63,610 bases of DNA, filler included, from Octopus bimaculoides (GCF_001194135.2; 4 parts of 4 records of this genome joined end to end with filler, not necessarily neighbours in it); one strand, 5' to 3'; counted from the whole stretch's first letter, positions 24,305 through 39,780 are shown. Numbers and translations: made by a program. The notes: generated by a model not told the origin, from the sequence alone.

Positions 24305-26395
24305 TTATGCATATATGTGTATATAAGAATGCGTCTTATAATCTAATAATATCTGTATATATAATACTGAAGATAAATTTTCCCGCCGTGTTCCAGTTCT
24401 TGTCAGACACTATTTCAAACTTATATTTTTCTGCAACTTCAAAATTTAATCGATTTTTCCACTTCCTTTGTTGCCATATTTGATGTGTATTTCTCTCAAC
24501 AAGCTTCATAATGCATTCCAGATATTTACTCATCACTTCTATTACTTCGATTGTTTACTCAGATTTATTTTATTATTAAAATTGTATTTATTTTGTTCTA
24601 CGTTCATGCGTCTCTGTGTTTATCTGCTATTTTGTCAACTACAAATATCTCTAATACATATTAGTCACACTTTGAATATTTATATATATATATATGTGTG
24701 TGTATATGCGTGTGCGTGTGTGCATGTGCGTGTGTGTATGTATGTATCCATATATATATATGATAGTTAAATATTTATATATACATATAAATATCTATGT
24801 TTATATATGTTGTGTATTTATACGTGTATGTGTATATACGAGTGCAAGTGAGTATAATTGCATATTCTCTTCCTTTTATTTAACAGGAAACCTACGTTTT
24901 GTCTTTCTCGCCGTCTCTCTTTTTCTCTGTATGTATGTGTATATATATATGTGTGTGTGTCTGTGTGTATGCGTATATGTATATATGTACATATATATAC
25001 ATGTATATATTGATATATATAAATATATGTATTGATATATATATATATATATATANNNNNNNNNNNNNNNNNNNNNNNNNNNNNNNNNNNNNNNNNNNNN
25101 NNNNNNNNNNNNNNNNNNNNNNNNNNNNNNNNNNNNNNNNNNNNNNNNNNNNNNNNNNNNNNNNNNNNNNNNNNNNNNNNNNNNNNNNNNNNNNNNNNNN
25201 NNNNNNNNNNNNNNNNNNNNNNNNNNNNNNNNNNNNNNNNNNNNNNNNNNNNNNNNNNNNNNNNNNNNNNNNNNNNNNNNNNNNNNNNNNNNNNNNNNNN
25301 NNNNNNNNNNNNNNNNNNNNNNNNNNNNNNNNNNNNNNNNNNNNNNNNNNNNNNNNNNNNNNNNNNNNNNNNNNNNNNNNNNNNNNNNNNNNNNNNNNNN
25401 NNNNNNNNNNNNNNNNNNNNNNATATATATATATAAATATATTTACATATATATCTATATATATATAAATATATATAAATATTTACATATACACACACAT
25501 ACACACACACATATACACATACACACATTATTTTTATTTTTGTTTTAAATGTATTTATAAATAATTTTTTGCTTCCTATTTCGATATTCCTGATAGATTT
25601 GTTGAGAAATTGCTAAATACTTCGCACCAAATGGGATTACCGAAATAGCTATAAAAACGTGCAAAGAAATTTTAAAAAAACGTGCAAAGAAATGAAAACG
25701 GAAAGAATTACTTGACAAGTGGCCAGTTTTCAGCGTGATGATAAAATAGAGTAAGAGATGTTTAGAATATTTAAAAAACAAACAAGACCAAATAAAACAA
25801 AAAAAAAAAGCCAAAACAAATAAACCAACCTTCTCCTGAAATTACATGTTGACAGACATGTGAAAGTGAATGCTGAAAGAGGCATCGACTGTTCTGTTTA
25901 TATTATATTTGTAATCACGCAAACACTCCCTCAAAAGGGCTTTAGATCAACGAAGTTTAAGACGATGCAACACGTGTAAAGAGAGCAATCATTTTTATAC
26001 GATAGTTGTATTTGCTTCATAGTTAACCAGAAACGAAGATGAATGCTTTCATGCAGCATTATTAGTGCCATTCTGCTGCATTGGTTTGGGTGATTGGTAT
26101 TTTATGGAATGTTTTATTGCAGATTCCGAAATGGCTTCGTATTCAAAGTATTGTAGATTAGATCGCTCAGCACTCTGGATTACAATCTGGAATACAAATT
26201 AGACTTGGTGAACATCTCGCGTAATTTATATTTTTATTACGTCCATAGCATACAAACGCCTAAATACACACGCCCTCGAGGAACTATTTATTGATCGTTT
26301 TACCTGCTCGAAGAAATACCTGTCGACAATCTCTGAGATCACAACTTACTATTTTTGAAGTAATGCTTTGAATAGTTGTTCTAGTTACATTAGAC

Positions 26396-26555
26396 CTAAA
26401 AAGAAACACTCGGATTTTCTGGAATATTACAGGTATATTTTGTAATTTCCTCTTCAATAGATACCTTCCCCGTTACTAAAAAGAAACACTCGGATTTTCT
26501 GGAATATTGCAGGTATATTTTGTAATTTCTTCCTCAATAGATACCTTCCCCGTTA
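26396..26555. repeat. Direct tandem duplication, 80 bp x2 (3 mismatches)
   Basis: 26396-26475 versus 26476-26555. Confidence 0.92.
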
Positions 26556-27540
26556 CTACAAAGTCTATAGTTCACTGAAGAGATCTAATAAGCCCAAAGC
26601 TATCCTTATTTCTCTCCCATACTTCCTGAAATAATAGAAGTAATACTAGTCATAGAGCTTAAATTGTTTTAACTATCAGTAGTTAAATATTTGAGGCTTC
26701 CCTTCATTAACTACGTTAACACCAACTCAATATTCTTTAAATAAGTCTTTATTAATGACATATCACACAGTGAATTCAGTCATTTTTGAGATGCGTCTTT
26801 AATAAAGACTGGTTTACATACTTCTGGATGCTTCTATATTTGTGTTCTCAATATTAAGAAGTTTGAACATTCTACTATGTTCTAAACAGGCCATGAGACA
26901 ACCTTACGTCAATAATGAATGAACGTTTATTAGATTGCTTTCATCTGGAACCAATTTGACAGATGACATACGTAAATGATTTTGTCTAAAACATGTCATG
27001 TAACATGTTTAAACTTGCATCAGCAACTGAAAGTATCATACACGCGCGTGCACATTGAAACATACGCACGAATATGTGCAAACTCACTTTATCTCTCACT
27101 CTCTCTCACACAGCACGCACACACACATTTATTAGTGAGAATCAGTTTAAATAATCCTCATATAATGCGTGTTATCTGATGTCTGGATACTGCGCAATAT
27201 GAGCTATATAGTTATAAGTATAGCCATAGTTGTGTTAAGAAGTTCTTACAAATTGTGCGACGCTGAGTTTGAATATGCGTGGTATTATCACATTAGAAAG
27301 GTGGTAGGAGATTTATAGATACCATTGGGTGGTTAGAAACTGTTATGAAACCGGGTATATGACCTCTACCTTACCTACTGCTGTATTGTAGACATCAACC
27401 TTAGCATGTTTTAACATCCCATCATCCGTTCTTACTTTTAGCACACTGAACTCTGTAACAACTATTGGTGTAACTGTGCCGCATGGATTCGAATGTTATC
27501 CACTCGCCATCAGACTCAGATTTTTTTTACTAATGTTCAT

Positions 27541-27637
27541 GATTAAGTCATAATTAAAACTGTGGAAAGATTAAGTCATAATTAAAACTGTGAAAAGATT
27601 AAGTTATAATTAAAACTGTGGAAAAATTAAGTTATAA
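27541..27637. repeat. 28-bp minisatellite (GATTAAGTCATAATTAAAACTGTGGAAA), about 3.4 copies
   Basis: Read directly. Confidence 0.9.
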
Positions 27638-27833
27638 GATCGTTCCTGTATCAATCCTAATTCAATTACTTAAAAAATATTTAGAACCTGAAATACTGCT
27701 TTCCGAGAATGTGTTGTATCAAATAACCCATTCAGCTAGTGTAAAGTAGAGTAGATTCGATATGCTGTAAGTAAATAAAATAAAATCACAAAAATATACA
27801 ACGATATTATTTAAAACTGTAAACGTAAAGTAT

Positions 27834-28051
27834 TATGAGGAGGTGCTGAAAAAATCCGGGTTTCGGGTAAAAGGAAATACTGGAGGGTCAGATAATTATA
27901 GTTTTATTCAACATAGTTTCCTCTCAGATTCACACACATTGCAGCAGTCCTTCAGTTTTTCTAAGCCCTGCAAAAGGACCCGTAAGACTGGGCCTCCAAC
28001 CAACCTTTCGCGATACCCTTAACGCCAGAAACCTTTCAGCAACCCCTCGTA
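27834..28051. mobile_element. Mariner-derived MITE (about 218 bp)
   Basis: Left end TATGAGGAGGTGCTGAAAAAATCCGG; right end reverse complement TACGAGGGGTTGCTGAAAGGTTTCTGG; TA termini; no ORF. Confidence 0.7.
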
Positions 28052-28365
28052 TATTCTTTCGCTGAAAATGTGATGTCAATCATAGAAGTGCTATATATTG
28101 TCAATGAAATTTTAGGTATTGTCATTGAAATGTAATGGCATTGAAGTACAAATCTTGCCAGTGACTTTGTATATCGTGTCTTTGTTGTAATGTCCTCGCA
28201 GAATAGAAAGAACCTATCGATATATTCCTTTGTGTGAGCAGAAGTATCAAGTGTTTTTCAGTTTTAAGATGTGATTTCTTAGATGAATATTGAAGGTGTC
28301 CTATGCAGATAAAATGATAAACGTTGAAGTCTTTAAACGAGGAAGACAGCCATAAATATTGCTAA

Positions 28366-28717
28366 GAGGAGGAAGAGAAGGAAGAAGACGAGGAGTAGGA
28401 AGAAGAGGCAACAAGCTACGTTCAATTTGACACCATGTGAGTGCACTTAGTTATCAAGTGGGAAACTTAAAGGAAGCTAGGGAAGATAAAAGAAGATACT
28501 CGTTGACCTTTTGACTTTTTAAAATAAAGGGCTCGGTAACGTGCTAAGTTTTGTGTTGGACGTAGGAGGGCATCAACCTCAGGATTGGCGATACCTATAG
28601 GAGTTACACATGAGGAGCAGGAGGAGGAAGAATAAGAACGAGATGGAGAAGGAAGAGGAAGAAGGAGAAGCAAAATGGGAAGAAGGGAAGAAGGAAAACG
28701 GGGAGGACGAGGAGGAG

Positions 28718-28748
<31 letters not shown>

Positions 28749-28975
28749 GGGAGAAGGTGGAGCAGGAGAAGAAGCGAGTGGAGAAGAAGAAGAGGGTGGA
28801 GGAAGAGAAGAAGAAGAAGAAGAAGAAGAAGAAGAAGAAGAAGAAGAAGAAGAAGAAGAAGAAGGTGGAGGAGGAGAAGAAGCGTGTGGAGTAGAAGACG
28901 AAGAAGAAAAAGAAGAAGAAAAATGAGGAGGAGGAGGAGGAGGAGAAGAAGAAGAAGAAGAAGAAGAAGAAGAAC
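28366..28975. repeat. Purine-rich (GAA/GAG) low-complexity tract
   Basis: Long (GAA)n and (GAG)n runs; the poly-E/K/S ORFs are artefacts. Confidence 0.9.
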
Positions 28976-31380
28976 TGTTAGATTTCATCATTGAAAGTTT
29001 NNNNNNNNNNTCATTGAAAGTTTATGCTATGTCAATGCACCTTGTCATTAAAGTGTAATGAAAACTCGATGCATCTTAGATCCCATCATTGAAGCGTTGT
29101 GGATTAAAGTGTGTGTTGTTTTTCCCAGAGTCCTTAACTTAAGACACTCGTTTACACGAAACCTAACTGAATAGATAGAACAGAACCAGAAGTTCACGAT
29201 TGTGTGACAAGGTCACGTTTGAAATTATGGTGCTGCATAGAGACTGAAGGAACGCGTTCACCCTCAGCATGCAATTCAATACCAGAGACAAGTACAGACA
29301 TCAGAGCTTGCACGTGCCTGCGTGCGCGCAAACACACACACTCAGACATATGCACACATCGCTATATAAGCGTAGGCACAAATGTATATGTTTACGTGCA
29401 AATATGCATACTCCAGTGTCAGAGATTACGCATATAAATGAGTGTATTAAATGAGTAAAGAAACAATGATAACTCACTTTGATAGGTTTTCCAGGAAGCT
29501 TTAATGCTTAGAAATTTCTCTACATTCATTGAGCAAAATGCATTCATCACTTATGTTCCCACTCACTTATTAGGAAATTTTAGGAAATTCTATGTTGCTA
29601 AAATTATATTTAAAATTTGCATCAGCTTTGAGTTGTGAGCAACTGCAGATTCAACCAGAAATGGAAGCCGGCTCTGTAATTCTCTTACACCTTATTATAT
29701 ATTCTAATCTATGGTTTCGGTACTTACTAAACTAACCTGTTTTGAACTCAGATGAAAAGTTGTACATTTAAGGGAAAATAATACATTAGGGAGTGTGATA
29801 TCCATTCTATTTTCAGGAAGATTACTTGCGTAAACGAAATTATCTGGCATCAAATAGGAATTAAAATTGACTTGTAAGATCGACCCGTTGCGTGAATTAT
29901 TGTAATCTCTTTGCTCGAAACTTATACATATTTCGTGGAATCCTTTTATATTATTGATGAAACCAAATTATATTATACTTAAATATATATATAAGGAAAT
30001 GGAGCGTATATCTTCGCAGCAATCACTATCGATCCCTGTGAGATGAAAGCTTCAGTAGATCCCAATGCTATTTAAAAGGAAAGTATGCAAAAAGAGTGGA
30101 ATAAATACTGAAGGTTATTTACTATAAGGCACTGCAATTTCTTCAAAATCACTGAAATTTACCAGGCATTAGTTTTAAAACTTAAATATTATAACAAAAG
30201 AAAATGAAAAACTCATATTTATCTCCAGGTAACAAAGAAGTTCATTCAATATTTGCGGATATATTTGTAGTTATTCAACCATAGACCAGCCACATTCGAT
30301 CAGACATATGATCAAAAATGTTCCTAACTAGACCACTTCGTACTTCCTTTTCGATGAGGTGTTTGTAGAACTATGTGATCTAATGTGCCCTTCCTTTTCT
30401 AAAACGGTGGTTCTAAATTGAGGAATATTTGACTCCTCGTATTAGATACTCATAGGTCACACATATTTGCTTGAGCAATTATATGTGAGAGAAAGATAAC
30501 GAAAGTAGAGTTTAGTTGTAGAAAAAAAATATTTGAACGATCCTGGCACATCATACATACTCCCATGCACTCATACGCTCGTGTTTATAGATATATATGT
30601 GTTTGTGTGTCTTTGGAATTTCTCACTATTTTTACGTTATACAGGTGAGTACCATTATAGTATCATTTGTAGTTATAACTTTACACGTTTTATTTGCTCC
30701 TCTATGCATCTTCATTCTGTCTATTTTCTTATAGCTTGAGAATGCATAGAAACCTTTATTTTCTAAATATAGTTTTCTAAAATATAGTTATAAAATGCAA
30801 GGAACTATAACCATCGATCCTTCCCTGATTCCTCGTTGACAAACATATAGTCAAAATTCATCTTTTATGCAATTTCTTGATGTAATCTACATTATCCCAT
30901 ATTGATATTGAAAATTTCAATTTCTGATATCAACGTTCATCTGGCATAGGTCAGATTTGAACACCAAGTAAAATATTGATAAATGACTACAGTTTGTTTT
31001 CATGCCAACATTATTTCTAATCATATACGAGAATGAATAAACATGCTCCTCGGAACATTTGTGTGGGGAGATCAAACAAAATATGCATAGACTTCTTATT
31101 GAACAAAGTTATATCTGTAAATAATATCTATAACGTAATATAATAATAGATATTTCATTGCTAATATGTTACCTGTTGTGATAGCAGAAAAATTATGAAT
31201 TTTTCATCAAGTGATATTTTAGATAATATTAGGAAACAATATCCTTATTGACAGCAACATTTACCTTCGCATCTTACGATAATATCAATAATTTTATCAT
31301 ATATAAACACACACCCACACACATATATGCATGCATACATGCACACATATACTATATTATAATATATAAACAAATACTCT

Positions 31381-31411
<31 letters not shown>

Positions 31412-31965
31412 ACATGCTTCCTCGCACATACGCACGCACATTCTAATTTTCGTGTCTCTTTACAAGCACATCATTTCATCTATGCAGACAGAAAATGATT
31501 CAGATATATGTACATACGTAATTCCTTATCTTTTAAGTTCGGTGTATTCCACTAAACACAATACAATCATTCCACCACCGCCCCCAAGGACAACAACAAC
31601 TAATCAAGAACAATGGATAGAAACCAAATATATGAATCTACCATAACAGCATGGCAAATAAAGTAATCATCAAATGACACACTTTTGAATGATACGTAAA
31701 AAGTAGCATTGTAAACAAAATGAAATCCAATGTATGTTTGCTCAATCAACAGCAAGAAAAAAAAGGACATTTTATATGAATATTCACCTTGTAATATGAT
31801 TCATTGTAATAGATTTAACTGATTCTACAGAATTTGCTTTTGTTATCGTTGAATACTTGTGTGGTAAAAGAACATTTTACTGACAGTTGTAAAGCAACGA
31901 TATCTCTTACGTAAGCTAATACGGGATATATTCTTCAAGTAATACACTAGCCAATCAAAGTTTGT

Positions 31966-32018
<53 letters not shown>

Positions 32019-32850
32019 GATACAGAAAACTAGCTCTTGTGCGAATCTCATGAAGTACATTTTATTGGCAATATCATGGCAAGCATTAAACCAAGCGATA
32101 CCCATCTGATGACGGATACATGAACATAGAAAAAGAGGGTACTTTCAATAAATTATTTAGTTTGATGCTCTTTCCTCTCTGTCAGATCCAACATAAATAT
32201 TGTTTTGCTTTTGAGTAGAATAGAATATCTTATATTTAAGAGAAGGTAAACAAAATACAATAAATCCCCGACCTAGTGATAAAAATAGCAATCACAATAT
32301 CTGATAAATGATCTTTCATGGCTACATCTAAGTTTGGAATTAGTTTGGACGCCAATTCGCCGAAATCCCGCTGTTAAACCTCTACAAGGTAACCATTTTG
32401 TTAGAATCCTCATCAAATATCTTAGATAATATAATGGTTGCACGCACGTATTGTAGACAGTAGCTAAAGAAAGACCATCAACTTTCAATATAAAAGATCA
32501 CCTTTAATGTCCCTTCTAGAACTTCTCCTACAATCTCTGTATTTATCAATCTGTGTCTTCATATAACTAAAGCGCCAATATTTGTAAACTAAACAGATTT
32601 TCTATCGCCGCCATTCCACTGATCATTTCGTCTCTGTCCTTGTTTTCTATACAGAATATTAAATTGTGAAAATATGATTTTGATTATTAACCCAGTGGTG
32701 TAATATCACGTTTTCCCTTCTCTGTTGAGTGTAAACATCTTCTTTGTTCTGTTGTTGCTGATAGCTAAATATCCCAAGTGAGGATACGTTAAATTATCCA
32801 GTTTATTTTGCCGACACAAAATGTGGATATTGTTAGTTATGGACTTCTGT

Positions 32851-33205
32851 CATGGCGCTCCGTTGGTTACGGCGACGAGGGTTCTATTTGATCCAATTAA
32901 CGGAACAGCCTGCTCGTGAAATCAACGTGCAAGTGGTTGAGCACTCCACAGACACGTGTACCCTTAACGGAATTGTCGGGGAAATTCAGCGTGATACAGA
33001 GTGTGACAAGGCTGGCCCTTTGAAATACAGGTACAAGAGAAACAGGAAGAAAGAGTGAGAGAAAATTGTGGTGAAAGAGTACAGCAGGGTTCGCCACCTA
33101 CCCCTGCCGGTGCTTCATGGAGCTTTAGCTCAATAAACACTCACAATGCCCGGCCTAGGAATCGAAACCGACCACGAGTCTGCTGCCCTAACCAATGGAC
33201 CATTT
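32851..33205 (-). mobile_element. tRNA-derived SINE, family A
   Basis: Reverse-complement match along the length of 54070-54451; head partly eroded. Confidence 0.88.
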
Positions 33206-36105
33206 CACTTCCACATTATGGGCTGTTAAATTATCAAGGAAACAGAAAATAGACTATCATAGAATCGGAAGAATATATAATTATATTTGAAAATACATTT
33301 AGGAGTGTATAGAAATCATATACATATACATACATTATTCACAACGAGATATAGCAATGCAGTTATAAAATAAAATCCGTTTCAACAAGAAGACATTTAC
33401 ATGTTCATATACTCAGCTTGAAATATCAGCCAAATCTACCTCAAATCATAAATGCATTTAGAATCACGAGATAGCGAAGATTTTAATGTCTTTGTTTATT
33501 GGTGCGTTTGACTTAGGTTAAAATATGGCTAAACAACAACAACAATAAGAAAATCATTATCATCATCAGTAGCAGCAGCAGCAGCAGCAGCAAAAACAAC
33601 AAAAGTAGCTGCAAAACTCATTCGGAAGATCTGAACTCATCACTCCGAGCCTGGGTTCACCATAATATGAAAATTTCCAAGATTATCACAATAGATATAG
33701 CAATATAAAATGTTGACGTAGCCATATTTAGTTTAATAAATGTTATTTGTAATACACAGGATATTCCTTGTTCTTAGCAAAGATAGCGTAAGATAAAGTA
33801 AAGAAAGAAAGACCACAATGGGAAATGCTAAGGAAATATTCCGTAATCCACATCTCTTTAGGATTTCTTGATGTCATTATGATGTGGTGTTGCATTGAAA
33901 TATCCGATTTAAATTGGCTTTACTACTCTTAGACAACTGATCAATTCCAAAATTCATCAGGTGAATATCCGCAACTAAGACAATATTGAAACATCCGGAC
34001 CAAATTGACTTCCTTCTGGCTACAATGAGAATCTTTCTTTTATGGCTAAGAAATCTTTACTTGTAATTTTGTTATGTGTATTTTCTTTCTTTTATTTTTG
34101 GCTTTGTTTTACTAAAGAGAGGATTCTATATTTGTTGAAATATTTATTATTTAAAGAATCTAAAACAAATAGATAAATATATAACAGAACATTTCGTTAT
34201 CTTAGAGCAACAAAAAATGTTTCGTCCTTCACACACTGGTACATATATACACGCATTTACACATGCACACACAAGCGCAACATGCGCGCGTGCGCGCACA
34301 CACAAAAATATATATACATATATATATATCAGTGAAACTTTCCACAGATAATGTTTTTCTCCGATGTATCCCAAACATATAACCTTCAAACTGACAAGAA
34401 TTCCGAAAGAAGAAATACGAACGAAGAATATAATTTATCACATATTTTAGGCTGATTCGTAGAGCTGTCTTTTGACAGCAAGGCAGATGAATCGGCCATC
34501 GCCTACATTTTGTCAAGAGAATTCGTCGGGGTGAGATTCTAAATGACTTGAAAAGTGTCAAGGGAGCACCTCAGTGTTTAGGTTTGAAAATAACAGATGT
34601 ATGTAGATTTTATTTCTTATTAATGCCACGGAAACAATAATTCTCAAGGGGTGCCACTTACTGCCGGGCCTCTTTGGCAAATGATAAACGAGGCGTTATT
34701 TTTAGTTTCATCTCATTATCTTCACATAATCTACAAAGCTAAAAGAAAAAGAAAGCTTCAAACGAAAACTGAAAGCAAAAATGAATACATAAATAAATAA
34801 ATAAATACTGTTTTGGCTGCTTACACAGAAAATATGCTGTTAGAAGATTTTACATCTGTTGAATATGTAAATGTAACAAATGTTGTGAAAAACATTAGCA
34901 GGTTGATGTTGCTTGTCAGATATTCGATGCACACCTTCGCATATTTCGCATCGGATGGCTTCTAATTTGTTGGTAAAAAATCTGTTTTAAGATGCTAGCA
35001 ATTGATATTCATTACTTCATAAATCTTAGGAAACCGACGCCAAATAATTATTGAGGGGTAAATCATCCTCATTGAAGAATATATGTGACTAATTGATAAT
35101 AAAAAAAAGTGAGACAATGTTATCCTGGGACCACATTGCTCATTATCTTTTTAACACCTTTAACCATGGTTTAACCAAAAACTAACAGACGTAATTACGG
35201 TTGTAGACACAGCAGAGATTACATCAAGATTCTCTGTGATTTATTCCATGAAATATATAATTAAACAAATCTTGTACAAGGCACTACCAGACTACATTAA
35301 TAATACTCAACATTTGCACTAAAGTATGTCATTTAACTCATGGCATCCAAGAGGAATGATTGAAATGTTCACATTTTGTTTATAACAAATTCTTTACACA
35401 CAAAATGACAGGTTTTCTTACCTTTACTCATACTGAAGAAAGAAAAGAACAATTGAAGCAGTAAATTTGGGAATGTTTCAAGAAGTTGTATAAACTAACA
35501 AATTGAAACTTGAACATATTTCAAAACCTCCAAACATTATTGAACTATAACTTCACTGCAACAGTAGGTATATAGTAATAAACTACATAACTTTAAGTCA
35601 GATAACCTCTCATCGTAATGCTTTTTTTTTTCAGAGGAGTACAGATTGGTGCAAGCATACTGGCCAGGTTTTCGGCCTAAGGATAAATTTCCTTCTCAAA
35701 AATTTCTTCCAGGAGTCATAGACGCTACCCTTTCTCAACTAGGTCATGAACAATGGATATATCCACAAAATATCCTATATATTTCCATTCTGTATGATTA
35801 GCTGCAACAACAGGATGTTTGAATATTTCAATACATCTACAAAACAACACAATCACACACACGCACGCACGCACGCTCCGACACACATAGTCGCGAATAT
35901 TTCACGTTTCTGTCGTATATGTAAGTATATAAGTTTATGACCGTTGCGAGGTTCAAATTTCCGTTTTGAGGAAGAATATTCTCGTTACACGACATGATGG
36001 TCTCAAAAAAGACAAACGTTACAAATAAGTTTGTCGATCAATGTAGAACCAATGATTTGGTCTCGAACCACAATAAAATCAGTATCTAATATGTGAGTTA
36101 AGTGA

Positions 36106-36318
36106 GGGCAGCGAGCTGGCAGAATCGTTACCATGCCATGCAAAATGATTAGCGGCATTTCACCCGGCTTTATGTTCTAATTTCAGCTTCCGCCGAGGCC
36201 GAAAGTGCCTGTCATCCTTTCAGGGTCGAGGAAATAAATATCAGTTGATCACTGGGGTCGATATAATCGACTTACTCCCTCCTCCGAAATTGCTGGCCCT
36301 GTACCAAAATGTGAGACT
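36106..36318 (+). mobile_element. SINE family B
   Basis: GGCAGCGAGCTGGCAGAATCGTTA head and TCATCCTTTC.GGGTCGA central block shared with 41391-41604. Confidence 0.82.
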
Positions 36319-38434
36319 AAAATGTTTGTGAGTGAGTCACGGTAGGATAAAGTTGTATACTCACTACTTGCTACATGGTTTCGATTTTCGATGAAGCCGT
36401 CTCAATTTATTTCACTTAAACAAGAAATACATTGAGAGGAAATTCAATGACGCAACATGTTATTTGATAGCATATAAAACTGGATTACTTTATACAAGGT
36501 AGAGAACTTGTTGCTGTTCGAATAATGAATTGTTGAGAATAGTGTTTAGAACATGCGTTTCGATAGAGGAAACTTTTCAGCACCAGGTGGATGGAAATGA
36601 GTGGCTATGAATTTGACATCTCCTTATGATTAAAGAGTTACTGTTAGATCAATATACCCGATAATACATATTAATACAAATGCAAAAGGACGACAGAAAA
36701 AAAAAGGAGCTAATCGGTATGCAAGCAATGAATATAAGCTTAACAGTTTCTGTTTATTTTTTTCTTCTTGGAATGTGAACTGCAACGACTGTGAATGTAG
36801 CATCCGATACTGGTCGATAGGTAAAACTGTAGAGTTTACCCTACAGTCGTACCTATCGACCAGCATCTTTCCATCCAAATAATGTGGTTACTAGAATTAG
36901 CATCCACATATCTTCCATATCACAGGCTGCAATCTTTTACCAGGAAAAATATAGTTAGTTTTAGTTACATCATCTTTGCAAAAGAAAAAAAAAATAATAA
37001 AGACGTAATGATCACAACTGAAGTGTTTTTGATCAAAACTCTACTTAGTCAGACACAACTTGGAAGGCTAAACAAAAACGACAACGACAAAATCAACAAC
37101 TGTAACGAAATGGTGGATATCTTATTGCTTTGAGAGACGATATAACTCGATATTCAGCAATTACTCTTGTCTCAGATATATTTGCTTATATGCTCGGATA
37201 GAAAACCATGTATAATCGTGCTAAATTGAAGTGAGTGAATAAGCATAAATTAAGACAACTTTCTAAATAGCTTTACCATTATTTGTGACAAATTTTTCCA
37301 ATGTCCATCTTATACAATCTGGATATAAATTCTGGAGATAGATTCTTTAACAGCAAATATTTAGATTCAGAATTAATATAAACGAATAAGGGTAGATGAC
37401 TGATTGGCTAGAGAGCAGAACAAATATCAATAATGTAAACAGTGTATGTAAATCTTGTGACCCCATTACACCCAACTCACTTTCCAAAGCTGTATCCATC
37501 AAACTGTGATATAAATTATCACAATAATCAAAGAAATTTGCTGAATCACCAACGAGGAATCCTCTAAAGAGTCAGTCCGTTTGCTAAGTTTTGCGGCCAG
37601 ATCTTCAAATCACACAGTATTATCTGAAAGTATTTTAAGTCACACTATTAAATGATGGGTATGGATAGAATGCCTCTGCTCGTGGATCTGATTGATAAAG
37701 TTATACCTGGGTTTCAAAAATATACTAACGAAATGCCAAGGCTAATTTTAATTATCCAATTTTAATTATATTCTGAATTCAAATCCTGAGTGGAATCGAC
37801 CTTGAATTACATCTTTCTTGAGTCGATATATTAAACGTAATCAAGCTCTGTGGTACTATTTAATCGAACTACAGCCCTTTCCATATACACATTATTTATG
37901 TGGCTTTCCGCCAATACTAGACAACATCAATGATATTGAAGACTTATTCTTATAACCACAATATCTAAATGGGTTTTTTCTTGTTTCTATATTGCATTGC
38001 AGATATTAAATGATTAAGAAAAAAGTAGTATGTAGGGGAGAGTGCAGAAATACGGAAAAGAATAAGTAATAAATACAAAAAACGACAGCGAAAGTTAATT
38101 AGAAAAAGAGAACAATATATCATACCGCTTTGATGTGTAATTTTCTAGATTAAATTGGCTTTTGAAATTCTAGTGGAAATATGGCTTGTGAACAAAAGCA
38201 AGTTTAGAAATAGTTATTTTAAGATCTTATTGCTAAATGAAGGAAAACCAACGCACTCATACGTACACCTGTTTACACCTACTTACGTAGATATATACAA
38301 ATATAATTGCAAACACAACTACATATAGATATACATTCAAATGTGTACACACACATTCCTCACACACACATGTATGTCTATACATACAGAAAGACACGGA
38401 TACATATGTGTGTGTGTGTGTGTGCGTAAGATAG

Positions 38435-38735
38435 AGTGTGTAGAGTAGTGGTCAGGATACTGTACTCACGATCGCAAGATCGCAGTTTCAATTCCTGGAG
38501 CGGATGGTGCGTTGTATTCTTGAGCACATTTCATATCACGTTGTTCTGCGATTACTTCGATATCCGGCGTGCGGTACACTGTGCCTCTGTTCGGGCAACA
38601 TCGATATGATAGATACAGTGAGTGAATTTACAGCACGAAATTTTGACCAAAATAAAAAAAACAAACCTTTGTGCACGTTGTTCAGAAAGGAACGGCAGAA
38701 CCATCTTTGTCGGCCTGCGAGAGACTACCATTATA
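38435..38735 (+). mobile_element. tRNA-derived SINE, family C
   Basis: A-box-like TAGTGG, B-box-like GTTTCAATTCC; matches the reverse complement of 60530-60791. Confidence 0.72.
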
Positions 38736-38741
38736 TACATA

Positions 38742-39272
38742 TATTGGGTCATCCCACAACTAATGCGGTTTTCTCAATTGCATATACTAAAAAAATAGAA
38801 GGGGACGGGATAAACTACCTGCATAAACTTGCTATTAAAACAGGTAGTAATTTTACCTTGTACTACTTCTTAGTGCAAATTTTGAAGAGTGCAGTTCGAT
38901 TTTAATAATTATTGTTTTCAAAGCTATAATGGAAGTGACAAAGGAGCATAATCAGCATATTTGCTTTATGAATTCATTAAAGGCAACAACGCAGTGGAAA
39001 CTGAGAGGAATATTAATGCAGTATATGGGGATCGGATAGTAAGCGTAAGCCAGTGTCAACGGTGGTTCCAGAAATTCCGAGCTGGAACTAGAGCCTAGAA
39101 GACGAGCCTCGTCCTGGAAGATCTGTAGAGCTCATAGAAGACGTCCTGCACACGCTAGTGGAACAAAATTCCATCGTAACTATTGAGGAACTAGCAGAGA
39201 AGCTTCGATTTTGTTATTGAACCACTCATTGACACCAGGGTGCCATCGGAAATGTCAGTGGGCTCCTCACAA
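38742..39272 (+). mobile_element. Mariner 5' fragment (N-terminal HTH region), degenerate
   Basis: From ATG 38929: MEVTKEH..LYEF.KGNNA..NINAVYGD..CQRWFQKFRAG..LEDEPRPGRS; TIR-like TATTGGGTCATCCC at 38742. Confidence 0.8.
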
Positions 39273-39780
39273 ACAGTTAGTGATTGTTCTACAATTGCAC
39301 GTACGTAAATTATCGGTTAAGATTTGAGAGGGTTTTGGAGTAGGTGAAAATTTCATATTAGTTATTTAAAACCTTTCTTCTTTGTGATAGCTTTTATTTA
39401 TTGCGATGTGTCTGTTACGATTACTATATCATATACAAACTCTACTAGGCCGTTTATCTGTCAGATGAAATCTTTGAATGTATGCTGTAGAGTGCATTGT
39501 TGCAACTATGACTAGAATGCTTTTCCTTATCAATATTCAAAATAGCGGTGTCCCTCCTTTGAGTATAGCTAAGGGTATAATAAAATAATGATCCTTTCTG
39601 CAATAGGTGCATGTCCTGAAAGGTTAGGCAAGATAGATAATCGATTAAATTGACCCCAGTGATCAACTGAAAAAAGTAAAAGCAAAAACATATACCGATT
39701 TTACCTGCTGGCACGGTGATAATGGTGCAGACTGCAGTTTTGAAGAAAAGGTCTACTTCTATTGTTATCCTTTCAACAAA

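Noticed and set aside
28366-28991. Poly-S/P, poly-K and poly-E ORFs
   Set aside because: Translations of GAA/GAG simple repeats.
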